Source: Octopus bimaculoides
Lineage: Eukaryota
Assembly (NCBI RefSeq): GCF_001194135.2
Contig: NC_068995.1
Span: 13,112,657 to 13,176,656 of the forward strand
Direction of reading: 5' to 3'
Length of the DNA stretch: 64,000 nucleotides
Part shown: piece by piece, positions 37,880-51,346 of the stretch
Layout of the letters: each line of letters begins with the position of its first letter
How positions within the stretch are numbered: the stretch's first letter is position 1
Position numbers and translations under genes: made by a program
The notes under the pieces: generated by a model
What the model was told of the DNA's origin: nothing
The model's input: the letters and a program-made list of their open reading frames with translations, nothing else
Databases searched by the model: none

Positions 37880-38444
37880 GGTACAGATTAACCAATATGT
37901 TCATCTCTTGTTCAAAGACAGGAAAGTATAACATACAGAAAATTTGGCTGTTATTTCAAGCAGTTCAAGCAACCACACAGAGCTCTTTCAGAAACTCATA
38001 TACAAAAAAAAAAAAAAAAAACCAAACCATAGGATTTAAAAACAATATGACATAAATTTGATAAATAGAATACATGGTATATAATTTGATAAAAAAAATA
38101 AAATCATTATCTTTGACAAACCACATAACCAATTTTGCAAGAAGAGACAGTAAATTAAATCAGCTCTAGTAGACTTGACAATACGAGTTATTAGGCACAG
38201 GATTGAATGGAAGACATAAATCAAGCCAAGCAGAGTTTGAAATGATGACTATGAGGGGGTGATATACGACAATTAGTTAAGCTCTCTAGTATTTCCACCA
38301 TTCCACTGCTCTACGAGATCATTAACCAATATAACTTTCAAGTATACAGACGTGACCAGAGCGTCTTTTTGAGTAGAGAGAGAGAGAAATACTATGTGTC
38401 GCTACATGTTTACAAAAAGAGACAATTAAATAAAGAGTAAATTA

Positions 38445-38502
<58 letters not shown>

Positions 38503-38929
38503 GCTCCAGGGAGAGAGGAGGGAGTGGGGAAAGAAGAGACAGAAGAGAAACTGATAGTGAAAACATACAGTGGTAGCTGTTCATGGTTTCTGCAGCAACA
38601 GGAACAACAAAACAAGATTTGAAGAACTTTGCAGGCCATGGACACACTCAAAATTCACCCACATGCATTCTAATATATATATATATATATTTATACATAC
38701 AAGCAAGATTGATCATTTCCAGTCTTCAATGGAAAGACATGCCTGGTCATGGGGCAATATCACCTTGCTTGGAAACAGCTGAAAACTGGCAACAAGAAGG
38801 GCATCCAGACATAGAAAATCTGCCCGAGCAAATTTCCATGTGACCCATGTAAACATGGAAAAGTGAATGATAAATGATGATATTTGTGCTTATATTTCAA
38901 GAAAGGCAATCCTAGTAAACAAAACAGTA

Positions 38930-39274
38930 CTTAAAAGGGTAAAGACCACCTTCAGTCTGAATGGCCAAGAGATTGCACCTAGAAAGTTCCCCTCTAAGGG
39001 AAAGTCCGGGCAAGGTTATTTATGGAAGACCAGCAGTCACCCATGCATACCAGCCTCCACTCTCCACGTCATTGATGTTATCCAAGGGAAAGGCAAAGGG
39101 GCCAATACAGCTTGGCACCAGTGACATTGCAACTCATTTCTACAGCTGAGTGAAGTGGAGCAACCTGAAATAAAGTGTCTTGCTCAAGAACACAACATGC
39201 AGCCCGGTCCAGGAATCGAACTCACTACCTTGTGATTGTGAGCCCTATGCTCTAACCACTGAACCATGTGCTTT
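38930..39274 (-). mobile_element. SINE-E: tRNA-head CORE-type SINE
   Basis: TGGTTCAGTGGTTAGAGC...GAGTTCGATTCC head, TTCTTGAGCAAGACACTTT..CACTCAGCTGTAGAAATGAG core. Other copies at about 3470-3660, 5270-5420, 19315-19600, 40300-40490 and 47437-47690. Confidence 0.8.
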
Positions 39275-40711
39275 ACCCTTTTAGTACTTAAAGTGTAATT
39301 AATCATAAATAACTACTGAATAAAAGACATACTTCACATGCCTAAATTTTTTCACACAAAACTTACAAGAACCAATATCCTCTTTTACTGGGTTCAGTCA
39401 CTTGACTGCTACCATACTGGGGCACTCTTTTCAAGGGCTCAGTTGACTAACTCAAGCTCCATATGTATTCCAGTTTGCTTCTTCCTTTATCAATTAATTT
39501 GTTAAAAATACTAATTTACAAGAAATAAATGGACACAAAGTAAACAACACCAGTTTTTAGACCCATGCAAAATGCAAGCACAACCAGAAATATAAACACA
39601 CTTCTTCAGTTTCCTACCCACAAGGTATTGAGCAACTCAAGAACATGACAGATCACACCTACTCAAAGGTACCATGCAGAGAGATTGAACCTGGGTTTCT
39701 GTGGATGCAAAGTGAACACTTCTTAAAAACACATGGTCTATACATAACTTTCAGGTTGCTGACCCCTGGCTTTTCAACATATTATACGACACAAAATGGT
39801 TTTAAATTTTGTTCATCTTCAGCCATTATATATATGCACATAGGTTCAGACTAGTATAGAACTTAAAAATGATTTTTTTTCTTTTCAAACAAAGTCCATT
39901 GCTGTTATCTCCAATACACACTGTAAATGGTTAGCATTAGAAAGGCCATCCAGCCATAGAAATTATGCCAAAGTAAATACTGGAGCATGATACAGTCCTT
40001 CAACCAGTTGGACCCTGTCAAATTGTCCTACCAAAGCCAGCATGGAACATGGACATTAAATAATGGTGATATATATGTATGTATGTATACACGCACTTTT
40101 AATTCAATCATTAGACCAACAATAATGGGTTAAAAGTTTAGTTCTTTATTCTAAGTAACATCTTTAAATTGTTACCCCACTGAAATATATAATGGACTCT
40201 CCCATCGTTAGATGACGTATGAGGGTTTGACAATTTCTTACCGAACAACCACACATTGTTTATGGTGATCAAATGTTTGTGTAGACATAAGCTCACTCCC
40301 TCCATCAAATCAACATTACCTGTACAGGTGCAACTGGGTGCCACATGTCAGATGTCGAAATGATTGCAGAGCAATGTGAAATGAAGTGCATTGCTCAAGA
40401 ACACAATGCAACACCCGGTCTGGGAATCAAACCCATGATCTCGCAATCTTGAGTGCAACACCCTAACCACTAAGCCATGCGCCTTCATTGAAATATACAT
40501 GTGTGTGTATACATTACTTGTTTCAGGCATTTGAATGCACCCATGCCAGGGGACCACCTTCAAGGGTTTTAGTTGAACAAATCAACCCTAGGACTTATTT
40601 TCTCAAACCTAGTACTAATTCTATTGGTCTCTTTTGCCACACTGCAAATAAGACATAAACACACCAACGCTAGTTGTCAAGTGGTGGTGGAGAACAAGCA
40701 CAGACACGCGC

Positions 40712-40740
<29 letters not shown>

Positions 40741-40745
<5 letters not shown>

Positions 40746-41048
40746 GATGGGCTTCTTTTAGTTTCCGTTTACCAAATTCACTCACAAGGCTTTGGTTGGC
40801 CAGAGGCTATAGTAGAAAACTGAACCTGCCTCCTTTCGCTGTTATTCCAAACCAACAGATATCATAGCATAGTATGTGTATATATGATGGGCTTCTTTTA
40901 GTTTCCGTCTACCAAATTCACTCACAAGGCTTTGGTTGGCCAGAGGCTATAGTAGAAAACTAAACCTGCCTCCTTTCCCTGTTATTCCAAACCAGCAGAT
41001 ATCATAGCATAGTGTGTGTATATATGATGGGCTTCTTTTAGTTTCCGT
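40741..41048. repeat. 140-bp tandem repeat (at least 2.2 units, runs into a gap), partly SINE-B-derived
   Basis: tatatgatgggcttcttttagtttccg recurs at 40741, 40881 and 41021. Confidence 0.85.
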
Positions 41049-42669
41049 NNNNNNNNNNNNNNNNNNNNNNNNNNNNNNNNNNNNNNNNNNNNNNNNNNNN
41101 NNNNNNNNNNNNNNNNNNNNNNNNNNNNNNNNNNNNNNNNNNNNNNNNNNNNNNNNNNNNNNNNNNNNNNNNNNNNNNNNNNNNNNNNNNNNNNNNNNNN
41201 NNNNNNNNNNNNNNNNNNNNNNNNNNNNNNNNNNNNNNNNNNNNNNNNNNNNNNNNNNNNNNNNNNNNNNNNNNNNNNNNNNNNNNNNNNNNNNNNNNNN
41301 NNNNNNNNNNNNNNNNNNNNNNNNNNNNNNNNNNNNNNNNNNNNNNNNNNNNNNNNNNNNNNNNNNNNNNNNNNNNNNNNNNNNNNNNNNNNNNNNNNNN
41401 NNNNNNNNNNNNNNNNNNNNNNNNNNNNNNNNNNNNNNNNNNNNNNNNNNNNNNNNNNNNNNNNNNNNNNNNNNNNNNNNNNNNNNNNNNNNNNNNNNNN
41501 NNNNNNNNNNNNNNNNNNNNNNNNNNNNNNNNNNNNNNNNNNNNNNNNNNNNNNNNNNNNNNNNNNNNNNNNNNNNNNNNNNNNNNNNNNNNNNNNNNNN
41601 NNNNNNNNNNNNNNNNNNNNNNNNNNNNNNNNNNNNNNNNNNNNNNNNNNNNNNNNNNNNNNNNNNNNNNNNNNNNNNNNNNNNNNNNNNNNNNNNNNNN
41701 NNNNNNNNNNNNNNNNNNNNNNNNNNNNTGTAACAATATAAATAGGTAGCTTCACAAACCTGGTCAATGACACTACGACTAGGATGAAAATTTACAACAA
41801 AAGACCTTGACACCTATTAATCCTAAATATTAATATACATTACTATAACAGTATGTATCTTTGCTAGCTACAATAGCCAGCAGAATGTTAATTGTTTCAC
41901 TTCCAACAGTCATCTCAAATAAAAAAAAACCCCACATGCCACACAAGTGCAGTTTGAGAGAAAGAGAGTGTATGGTATGGAAATAGACTAGATCAAATTC
42001 TTATAATATAAAAGACAAGCCAACAAGGTGGTCAAATTGGACTATTAGAAATAGCAACCAAATGATCTTCAAATCACACCGTACTGACCATACAGAGAGA
42101 AAAAAAAGAGAGAAAAGGTATGTGCTAAAGTAGCACTATCTGAAAATATGAGAGGTTGGGATAGGCATGGTTGGAATGTTTGGGATAATAGGTCTGCTGG
42201 GTCAGGGATGACCAAGGGCTGAATAACATATAAAGTGAAGAACGAACATAAAGATGCTGGGGCACTAGCACAAAAGGTTTAGTCAAACAAGGTGCTTATT
42301 TTTGTAAGCCAGATGCTTACTAAGTTATGGGGACATAAACAAACCAACATCAGTTGTTAAACAGTGGAGGAGAGAGAAACTCAAAGACACATACACACAC
42401 ACATATATATATATATACACACAACAGGCTTCCACATAGTTTCCATCTATCAAATTCACTCACAAGGCCCCAAGTTATAATAGAAGACACTTGCCCAAGG
42501 CACTACGCAACGGGACTGAACTTGAAACCACATGCTGGCAAATCAGGATTCTTAACCACACGGTGCGGTCATATAACTATTGGATTCCCAAACTAAATAA
42601 GGAGTGGAACAAAAAAACAGCAACACTGTGAGTAACAAAAGTTCCTAATGCACATTAAGAAACACGGTT

Positions 42670-42885
42670 GAAGCCATCAGCTATTTTAAATCCATTTCCC
42701 CCACACTTGTATGGAATTAGAAATGTCTTCTCCAGCATAGCACTTCATCATTTATCACAATCCCTTGCCAATCCCTTTGTGAGGCTCGGTACTTTAAGAT
42801 CAGCTATTACCATTTCTCATGTCTACTCTTCGTTGTGTTCTTCCCACCTGAACTGCTTAGCATTTCTTTACCTATCATTTTCCAT
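42670..42885 (-). mobile_element. RTE-clade LINE 3'-end remnant
   Basis: Degenerate translation ..EMVIADLKVPSLTKGLARDCDK**SAMLEKT resembles an RTE C-terminus (V..DL..L.L....A.DR..W...V). Confidence 0.45.
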
Positions 42886-42888
42886 ATA

Positions 42889-43102
42889 TAGTAATCCCTC
42901 AACTATCACAGGTGTTACGTTCCAAGACCCCACCACCACCACCACGATAGGTGAAAATCCGCAAAGTAGAAACCGTACTGTACTGTATTTTTTTTAATTA
43001 TTTTTATAATTTGTACATGTTTATTGTATTATAAATACAAAACTCCACAGAGGAATCGATGTAGGCTTAAATAATGAACCACGATATGGCAAGGGATTAC
43101 TG
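42889..43102. mobile_element. Tigger/pogo-like MITE
   Basis: TA|TAGTAATCCCTC ... CAAGGGATTACTG|TA termini (CAGTAATCCCT-type TIR, TA TSD). Confidence 0.75.
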
Positions 43103-43615
43103 TACATCATAAATTAGGTAGGGGGCTCCGAAAGGGGTCTCAGGGAGTAGCGTCCCTGCGTTCCTGAGCTAGTTTTCCACCACATTTCTTAAAAATTGTG
43201 GTAGAGGCCTTGATCTCAGGACCACTCATGTCTAGAAACTGAGGTTGGAGGTAAGCAAGGGCATGCTCCCCGTAGAAAATCCAGCTCCAAAATAGCCTCA
43301 TGATAGCAAAGGAGAATGGGCACCAGCCAACCCAAAGGTTGGGGTGGGCTGCACCTGCCTACCTCGGTTGCTATGGCATTTAGGTAGATCTGGCCATCCC
43401 CATAAACAGGGACAAAACTCAGAATTAAAACACTGGATGATGATGGTGATGATACCTGTACTAATGCAGTCTCCTCTGTGTGTAATTAAGTGTACTTCCC
43501 AACCACATGGTTTCAGGTTCAGTCCCTCTGTGTTTTCTGGTGCAGTCATTGGTCGACCAAATACTTGTGATTGAATTTAGTAAACAAAAACTGAAACACT
43601 CTCCTCATATGCTTG

Positions 43616-43658
<43 letters not shown>

Positions 43659-43709
43659 TTATCTGGACCAACAGTTGCAGAAGTGTGCCTAACCATGGGG
43701 AAATATATT

Positions 43710-43938
43710 TATTTCTTTACTGCCCACAAGGGGCTACACACAGAGGGGACAAACAAGGACAGACAAAGGGATTAAGTCAATTACATCGACCCCAATGCGT
43801 AACTGATACTTATTTAATCAACCCCGAAAGGATGAAAGGCAAAGTTGAACGGAATTTGAACTCAGAACATAACGGCAGACGAAACACTGCTCAGCATTTT
43901 GCCTGGCATGCTAACGGTTCTGCCAGCTCACTGCCCTT
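43710..43938 (-). mobile_element. SINE-D full-length copy
   Basis: Perfect 15-bp TSD ATGGGGAAATATATT (43695-43709, 43939-43953). Other SINE-D copies lie near 5850-6030, 15950-16147, 16730-16920, 16945-17130 and 26200-26345. Confidence 0.88.
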
Positions 43939-44325
43939 ATGGGGAAATATATTGCTTGAAAACAGGTAAGAGTTGACAACAAGAATGGTATCTGGACATA
44001 GAAAATCTGCCTCCATGAAATCCATCTAACCCATGCAAGCAATGCAATGAGAGTGATGACAATTCATTAACCAAAACCATTTCATAGAATACCTATTAAG
44101 AATAGTTCTTATATTTTATCTTTTACTTGTCTCAATCATTAAACTGTGGCCATGCTGGGGCACTGCCTTGAAGAATTCTAGTCAAACAGCTCAACTCCAA
44201 TACTTATTTTATTGGTCTCTTTTGCTGAACCGTCAAGCTGCTGGGATTTAAACACACCAACGTCAGTTGTCAATCAGTGGTATGGGGGCAAACACAAACA
44301 CAAAGACACACACAAACACACATCA

Positions 44326-44370
<45 letters not shown>

Positions 44371-44474
44371 TATANNNNNNNNNNNNNNNNNNNNNNNNNN
44401 NNNNNNNNNNNNNNNNNNNNNNNNNNNNNNNNNNNNNNNNNNNNNNNNNNNNNNNNNNNNNNNNNNNNNNNNNN

Positions 44475-44505
<31 letters not shown>

Positions 44506-46087
44506 GATAGATTTCTTTCAGTTTCAGTCAACCTAATCCACTCACTAGGCTTTAGTCAGCCTGAGGCTATAGCAGACATCTGCCCAAGGTGTCACAAAGT
44601 GGAACTGATCACAGAACCATGTGCTGTGAAACAAGCTTCTTACTACACAGTTACACCTATATTTAGTCAGAAAAAGGACAACATCTTTGAACATTTTTGC
44701 AGTGCCTCCACAAGATTGGTGGAGGAAGAAAGACCATCTTGGTGTTCTCAGTCTAGAGACCCCCCACTCTCTGAGTACACAGAAAGAAGTACACTCTGTT
44801 TAACCTTCACAGTGCTGATTAAATTTTTGTTGGAGATGTAACACACTAATCACATGCAAATCAGTTCTTGCAATCCTTTTCTATTGGCCAGTGCTTACTA
44901 CATCATATGAAATGTAGAAACTTCTGGAAAGTACCCCACAATCAAAAACAAGTTAGCTTGGTTCCTGTGTCTCAAGTGCACATGCATGGAACCAAGTATA
45001 CTCAGTTCCTGTGCAGTAAGAGTTGTTGCCAAGATATAAAAGACCCTTGTCTATAGTGCTGTACAGTAGAATTGAACCCACGACCCTCTGATCATAAAGT
45101 GAATCTGTTACCCACATAGCCAAACATACACTCAAGCAGGCCAATCCAGCAAGAACATTGAATAGAAAATATATCAAGGCACTGCATCTCAGATGCCATG
45201 AGTCTATCAGCTTTTATAACAGGTACACCATATCCCTGTAAGAGGTAACTAAAAGGATTAGCATCAAGGAAAGTACCTGGCTATGAAACACTGTCTCAAA
45301 AAGCCCAGTCCAACCCATGCCGGTGTAGAAAAGCTGATGGAACAATGAAAACAATGATGGAATTTCCTTAAATATTTACCAAACTATGGAACAAGTAAGA
45401 TAAAAGATTACAATATGAAGTGTAAACCTTGAGGAAAAAAAAAAAGTCAAAATCATTAAAAGATTTACAATGAAAAATTCTACACTTTAAATGTTATATT
45501 GTTGGTGTTTACCCACCACAACATCAAATCTAATCTATCATTTAATTGCTTCTGTCATTAGACTGTGGCCATGCTGTAGTACCACCTTGAAGAATTTTAG
45601 TGGAACGAATCAATCCCAGTGCTTTTGTTTAAGCCTGGTACTTATTCTATCGGTTTCTCAATGATAAATCAGCCTTCTAAAAAGTATAGAGAACTACATT
45701 ATCTAATACTTCCTCCTCATCAAAAAAAAAAAAAGTAGAAATGTGATTTCAGAGAGATTTAGCTGTTATTTCTAACAGACTGAGCTATGAAGTAAAGACT
45801 CTCTCAGTTCATACTATAAATTGTAAATCTGTCCTACACAGTGAAATGAAATTACCTGTGAGACTATTTGGTGAACCAACCTACTAGAAATAGTTAAATA
45901 CCCTTAAAATCACACATTACCACCTCGAAAGTTAAGGGACACATTGGTTAAAAACAATGCAATAGTCATGGTCAAAATGAATTTTGACAATAGATTCACA
46001 AGATCAGATCATAGATTTACTAGACTTAAGGCTACAAAGTTTTCTCAACAGTGCAAATGTGTAGAATAAAAATAAAAGCAAGCTTAC

Positions 46088-46162
46088 CTATATTTTCTTG
46101 TGTTTTCTATTACTGAGTCTCCAAGTAGTCTATTTAGATTCATCTTCAGTGAGTTTGTCACA
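46088..46162 (-). other. Candidate 75-nt 5'UTR exon
   Basis: Acceptor TTTTATCTACTTTTATAG| and donor TAG|GTAAGC around non-repeat sequence; no transcript evidence available. Confidence 0.45.
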
Positions 46163-48698
46163 CTATAAAAGTAGATAAAATTACCAAACAGGTTTTCTTA
46201 GTAAAGAAGAAACAGTAAAGACTCAAATATTCAACAAAAACTACATACAATTACTCTACACTGTATATATATATATATATATATATACATATATATCAAA
46301 TGGATGTGATATAAAACTATTCTCCACATACACTAACAGCCATATCAACAATCCAACATACCTCCATCATCAGCTGCCCCACAGATATCACTATGGTTTC
46401 GACACCTGGGCAGTATCATTCAATCCAGCGGTGTCAACAGCACTAAAATAAGTGTTGTTTAGGAACAAATATACCTTAGATATCACCACATTCATTCAAT
46501 CTAAGGATTAAACACTAACATTATTAATTAAACTACAACAAAGAAACACACATACCCTGATGTACAAAAACAATATCAGTAAATAAATTCAGCAAGTAAA
46601 CCTATAATTCCTTAATTTAGCTAACTAAATAGCAACCTAGCCCTTGTATGTATATATATAAAAACATCATTTTCGTGCCCTCTGTATAGGTTAGACAGAG
46701 TTTATTGGGACAGATTTTTTACAGTTGGATACCCTTCATGTCCCAACCCTCACCTGTTTCCAAATCAAGTAATATTTCCCCATGGCCAGACATGTTTACA
46801 CAGAATATTGAAAAACGAATGACACAGTTTGTGTGACAGCGACACTCATTTACAAATGGCATGTATTGTTGAGACAAAGAGATTACAAAAATATGTATAT
46901 ATATTTCATCATGTTGAACCGTTAATCCCTACACATTTTTTTCTCTCTCAGTTCTTTCTGTCAAAGAGCATAGGCTCAAAATATCAATGACTTTTCCATT
47001 CTTCTTAAGCATTTAAAATAATACTCCTGCTTGTTTTTCTTTCACCTGTCTTCATCTTTTGCTTTCTGTAAATTTGAACTATGTATGCGTGTGTACATGC
47101 ACACAAACCTGTTTCAGTTTCCATCAACCAAATCCACTCACAAGGCTTTGGTCAGCCTAGGGTTATAGAGAAGATACTTGTCGTAGGTGTTATGCAGTGG
47201 GACTGAACCCCAAATCATGTCATTGGGAAGTAAACTCCTTAACCACACAGCCACATTTCCACAAACCTGTGCGTGTGTGTGTGTAATTATGATCATTTAA
47301 TGCCTATTATCCATGCTGGCATGGGTACAGAAAATTGATAAAACAGTTTGTAGAATCCATTACCGTTTAGCTTCATGTAAGAAATTCCTGTCATAATAAT
47401 TTTTTTTTTTTATATATATCATTCATGTAATGCATGAAAGTGCATGGCTCAGTGGTTAGAGCGTCGGGCCCACAATCATGAGGTAGTGAGGTTGATTCCT
47501 TGACTAGTCTGTGTTGTGTTCTTGAGCAAGACACTTTATTTCATGCTGCCCCAGTTCACTCAGCTATCGGTCTTTGCCTTTCCCTTAGATAACATTGGTG
47601 GTGTGAAGACTGCTAGTCTTCCATAAACAATCTTGCCCAGACTTGTGCCCCAGAGGGGAACTTTCTAAGTGCAATCCATTGTTCAAGGTATCTAAGGAAC
47701 TTGCTCAGAGAGATGTGGTCACTCAATTCAACTTGATGAATTACTACTGAGAAGCTTTTGCACAAACTTGATACATTTTATAATTTTTTTTTTTTTTCTG
47801 TACATTTACATATGCAGAAAAAAAAAACATTGCTAACCAAAATCTGATGCCAAATCTTTAAATATTGTTTTCATCATTTGATAATTCCTTAATGAAGATA
47901 GGAAGCAAAGTAAATAAAGTATTTATATGCTTAGTACCAATTTATAATAACCACAAGAATATTTGTTATTTTTGTCTAACACGCAATCAGCTCTCATCAA
48001 ACTCACCATCCTAGTTTTTGCTTTTCAAATAGTCTGAAAGACTACATTATGAAAGTGGCCATTTAAAAAATTTTTTCTTCTTTGTAAGATATTGATTAGT
48101 GATGTGAAGGAGATTACTGTTGTTTCTAGCAAGATAGAGACTCACATACACACATACATACATGCTCGTTTACAATGTGTGATGGTGAGAATGACAAAGG
48201 GATGAGTAGAAATATTTCTCAATGAAAACGGACAGAGCTGAGCAAACACTAAAGCGAGACATGTGGTTTGCATCGTAACAAGAATTGTTTTTATTAGCTC
48301 CATAAAAACACTTCCATAATACAAGGAAAATATTTAAGGAAGAGAAAATTGAAGCAATATCTCATGCATGCTGAAGACAAGAAACCTGAAGGTCAATTTT
48401 CATGAAAGCAATTCTGACAGAAGTGGTTATTCAGGAAAATAATGATTTCTTTCTCTAAACAAAGATTGGGGGGGGGGNNNNNNNNNNNNNNNNNNNNNNN
48501 NNNNNNNNNNNNNNNNNNNNNNNNNNNNNNNNNNNNNNNNNNNNNNNNNNNNNNNNNNNNNNNNNNNNNNNNNNNNNNNNNNNNNNNNNNNNNNNNNNNN
48601 NNNNNNNNNNNNNNNNNNNNNNNNNNNNNNNNNNNNNNNNNNNNNNNNNNNNNNNNNNNNNNNNNNNNNNNNNNNNNNNNNNNNNNNNNNNNNNNNNN

Positions 48699-48776
<78 letters not shown>

Positions 48777-48962
48777 CTTTGTTTCATATATATATTTTTT
48801 TTTTATCCTTCATATGTCTCAGGTGAGTGAATTAACTTTCATACTTATTTAAAAGCCTGGTAATTATTCTATCAGTCTTTTTGCTGAACTACTAAGTCAT
48901 GAGGGATGTAAACACAACAACACCAGTTGTCAAGTGATGGTGGGGAATAAACTCAGACACAA

Positions 48963-48993
<31 letters not shown>

Positions 48994-48996
48994 TAT

Positions 48997-49206
48997 GTGC
49001 CACCTGACTGGCTCCCATGCCAGTGGCACGTAAAAAGCACCCACCACACTTTCAGAGTGGTTGGTGTTAGGAATGGCATCCAGCTGTAGAAACCTTGCCA
49101 AATCAGATCAGAACCTAGTGCAGTCCTCCCCCACCCCAGCTTACCAGTTTTCAGTCAGACCATCCAACCCAGGCCAGCATGGAAAGCGGATGTTAAACAA
49201 CAATGA
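48997..49206 (+). mobile_element. Family A copy inserted within a SINE-B copy
   Basis: gtggcacgtaaaaagcacc...ggatgttaaacaacaatgac, with SINE-B parts on both sides. Confidence 0.75.
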
Positions 49207-50467
49207 CACTCTCACACATGCATATGCACACACAATGAGCTTTTTTCAATTCCCATCTACCAAATCCACTCACAAGGTTCTCGTCAGCTGTGCAGTAGGA
49301 CTGATCCTGGAACCTTGTGGTTGAGAATCAAACTCTGTACCACACAGCCATATCTGTGCCTAAAATTCTCATTTTTATTTCCCTGTCATAGGTTATAAGT
49401 CAGCTTCCCTAAATATTACTTTCTAGTTCCCAAAGAGCCATAGGCAAAACAAATTATGCTTTGTTAGACGAACGATCATGGATAGTTTGGTTCTCCTACT
49501 ATCCTTACCAACATCACCATCTGATCTAATTCAAACAAATATATATATTTAAAATAACATTAAGATGAAAACTGAATATTTACAAATGCAATATATGAAG
49601 AACTTCACACTGTAATATACCATATTTTAACGTGTAAGGAACCCTTTTTTGTCAAAAAGTAAGTTGAAAAAATATGGGAGTTTCTTATACATGGATAGCA
49701 TTATAATACCATTTTTCCAAATTTTAAGCCCAAAGAATTAGGGGATTCCTTATACACATTAAAATACAGTATATATATATATATAATTCACTTTATAGTT
49801 TTATATAATGAAAGAAAAGAAAAGGATGAATTTTAAAAAATTAAGTCTAACTTTGACAAGTTGCAGATTTCATGGTAAATGTCATTTAAGCTATATTACA
49901 CACAAATATTGTGGTTAGAAATATTTAGAAAAAAAGCAATGAATAAATATTTCTTAGAAGTTTTCTACTGTTTTTCTTTTCTGAGACTCAAGGTGTTATT
50001 TATCCTAGTTCAGCCCTGACCAAATGGAACTGTATAATCAAAGGTGTCCCAGGTGATCATACAGTAAGGTGTGATAGGAGGAATGTTTGACTGTTATTTC
50101 TAACAGGTCATTTAGAAACACATGTGCTACAATGGGTAGCCACACAGAAATCCTCAGACCGGTCAATACACACAACCAAGAAGGGAACATTATATATATA
50201 GACGTGGCTCTCAATTTCATTTCACAAATTTAACATATTTGAAACAAAGACAAAACAGCCATGCTAGAAAAAGCTGATCAGATATTTAAAAATTGAAGCA
50301 AAACCAACACACTGGTTATCTTCATATATCAGAAGCTGTTAGTATTCCTCAGTCAGACCGTTCCTGTATGTTTAATCAGCTGCTTTCATGCCAAAGGTTG
50401 ACTCAACCAGATTGAACTGGGATGGGATAATGGATATTATGTATATATGATGATGATGATGATGATA

Positions 50468-50503
<36 letters not shown>

Positions 50504-50968
50504 ATATATATATATGAAGGTGATGGCTATATAGTTTGACCAGCTCTAATCAACAAGTATATTAAAAATTCATCCGGATTTGTATGCAACTCTCAAAGTA
50601 AACATGTGAAAACTCAAAAGAACCTACAACAAATATTTATCAATTCCTACATGGACTCTCATGTTCATCCATAATTTAGTTAGCCATAAAAGCATTGAAA
50701 CAGAATGTCAGAGAAGTAACATTTCTGATTCTCTTTGATAATTTGAGTAAAGTAATTGCTACTATATTCTGAAATTGATGAACACTGCATCTACATTAGC
50801 ATTGCTGTTTACCTTGTATATAGAAGATTAAGATCCATATTTCTTCTTGATCAGTCATCTAACATTACTCTCATGCACACACACACATTTTCACCATGCA
50901 GTGACCATCTAACTGAAAGACCTCTATTTTTTCGTTTCTCTTCATCTATCATTTCCATAAAAGAGCAT

Positions 50969-51346
50969 GTTGTTGTTGGCACTCCGTCGCTTACGACGTC
51001 GAGGGTTCCAGTCGATCCGATCAACGGAACAGCATGCTCATGAAATTAACGTGCAAGTGGCTGAGCACTCCACAGACACGTGTACCCTTAACGTAGTTCT
51101 CGAGGATATTCAGTGTGACAAGGCTGGCCCTTTTGAAATACAAGTACAACAGAAACAGGAAGAAAGAGTGAGAGAAAGTTGTGGTGGAAGAGTACAACAG
51201 GGTTCGCCACCATCCCCTGCCAGAGCCTCGTGGAGCTTTAGGTGTTTTCGCTCAATAAACATTCACAACACCTGGTCTGGGAATCGAAACCGCAATCCTA
51301 TGACCGCGAGTTCGCTGCCCTAACCACTGGGCCATTGCGCCTCCAC
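50969..51346 (-). mobile_element. SINE-C: full-length tRNA-derived SINE with (AAC)n tail
   Basis: A box TGGCCCAGTGG, B box GTTTCGATTCC, 12-bp TSD ataaaagagcat / ataaaaaagcat; decayed fragment at about 2470-2560. Confidence 0.85.

Noticed and set aside
51270-51346. tRNA-like sequence (also heads at about 35310-35380, 39200-39274, 47440-47510)
   Set aside because: Each continues into a SINE body and tail and lacks a convincing full cloverleaf; these are SINE heads, not tRNA genes.
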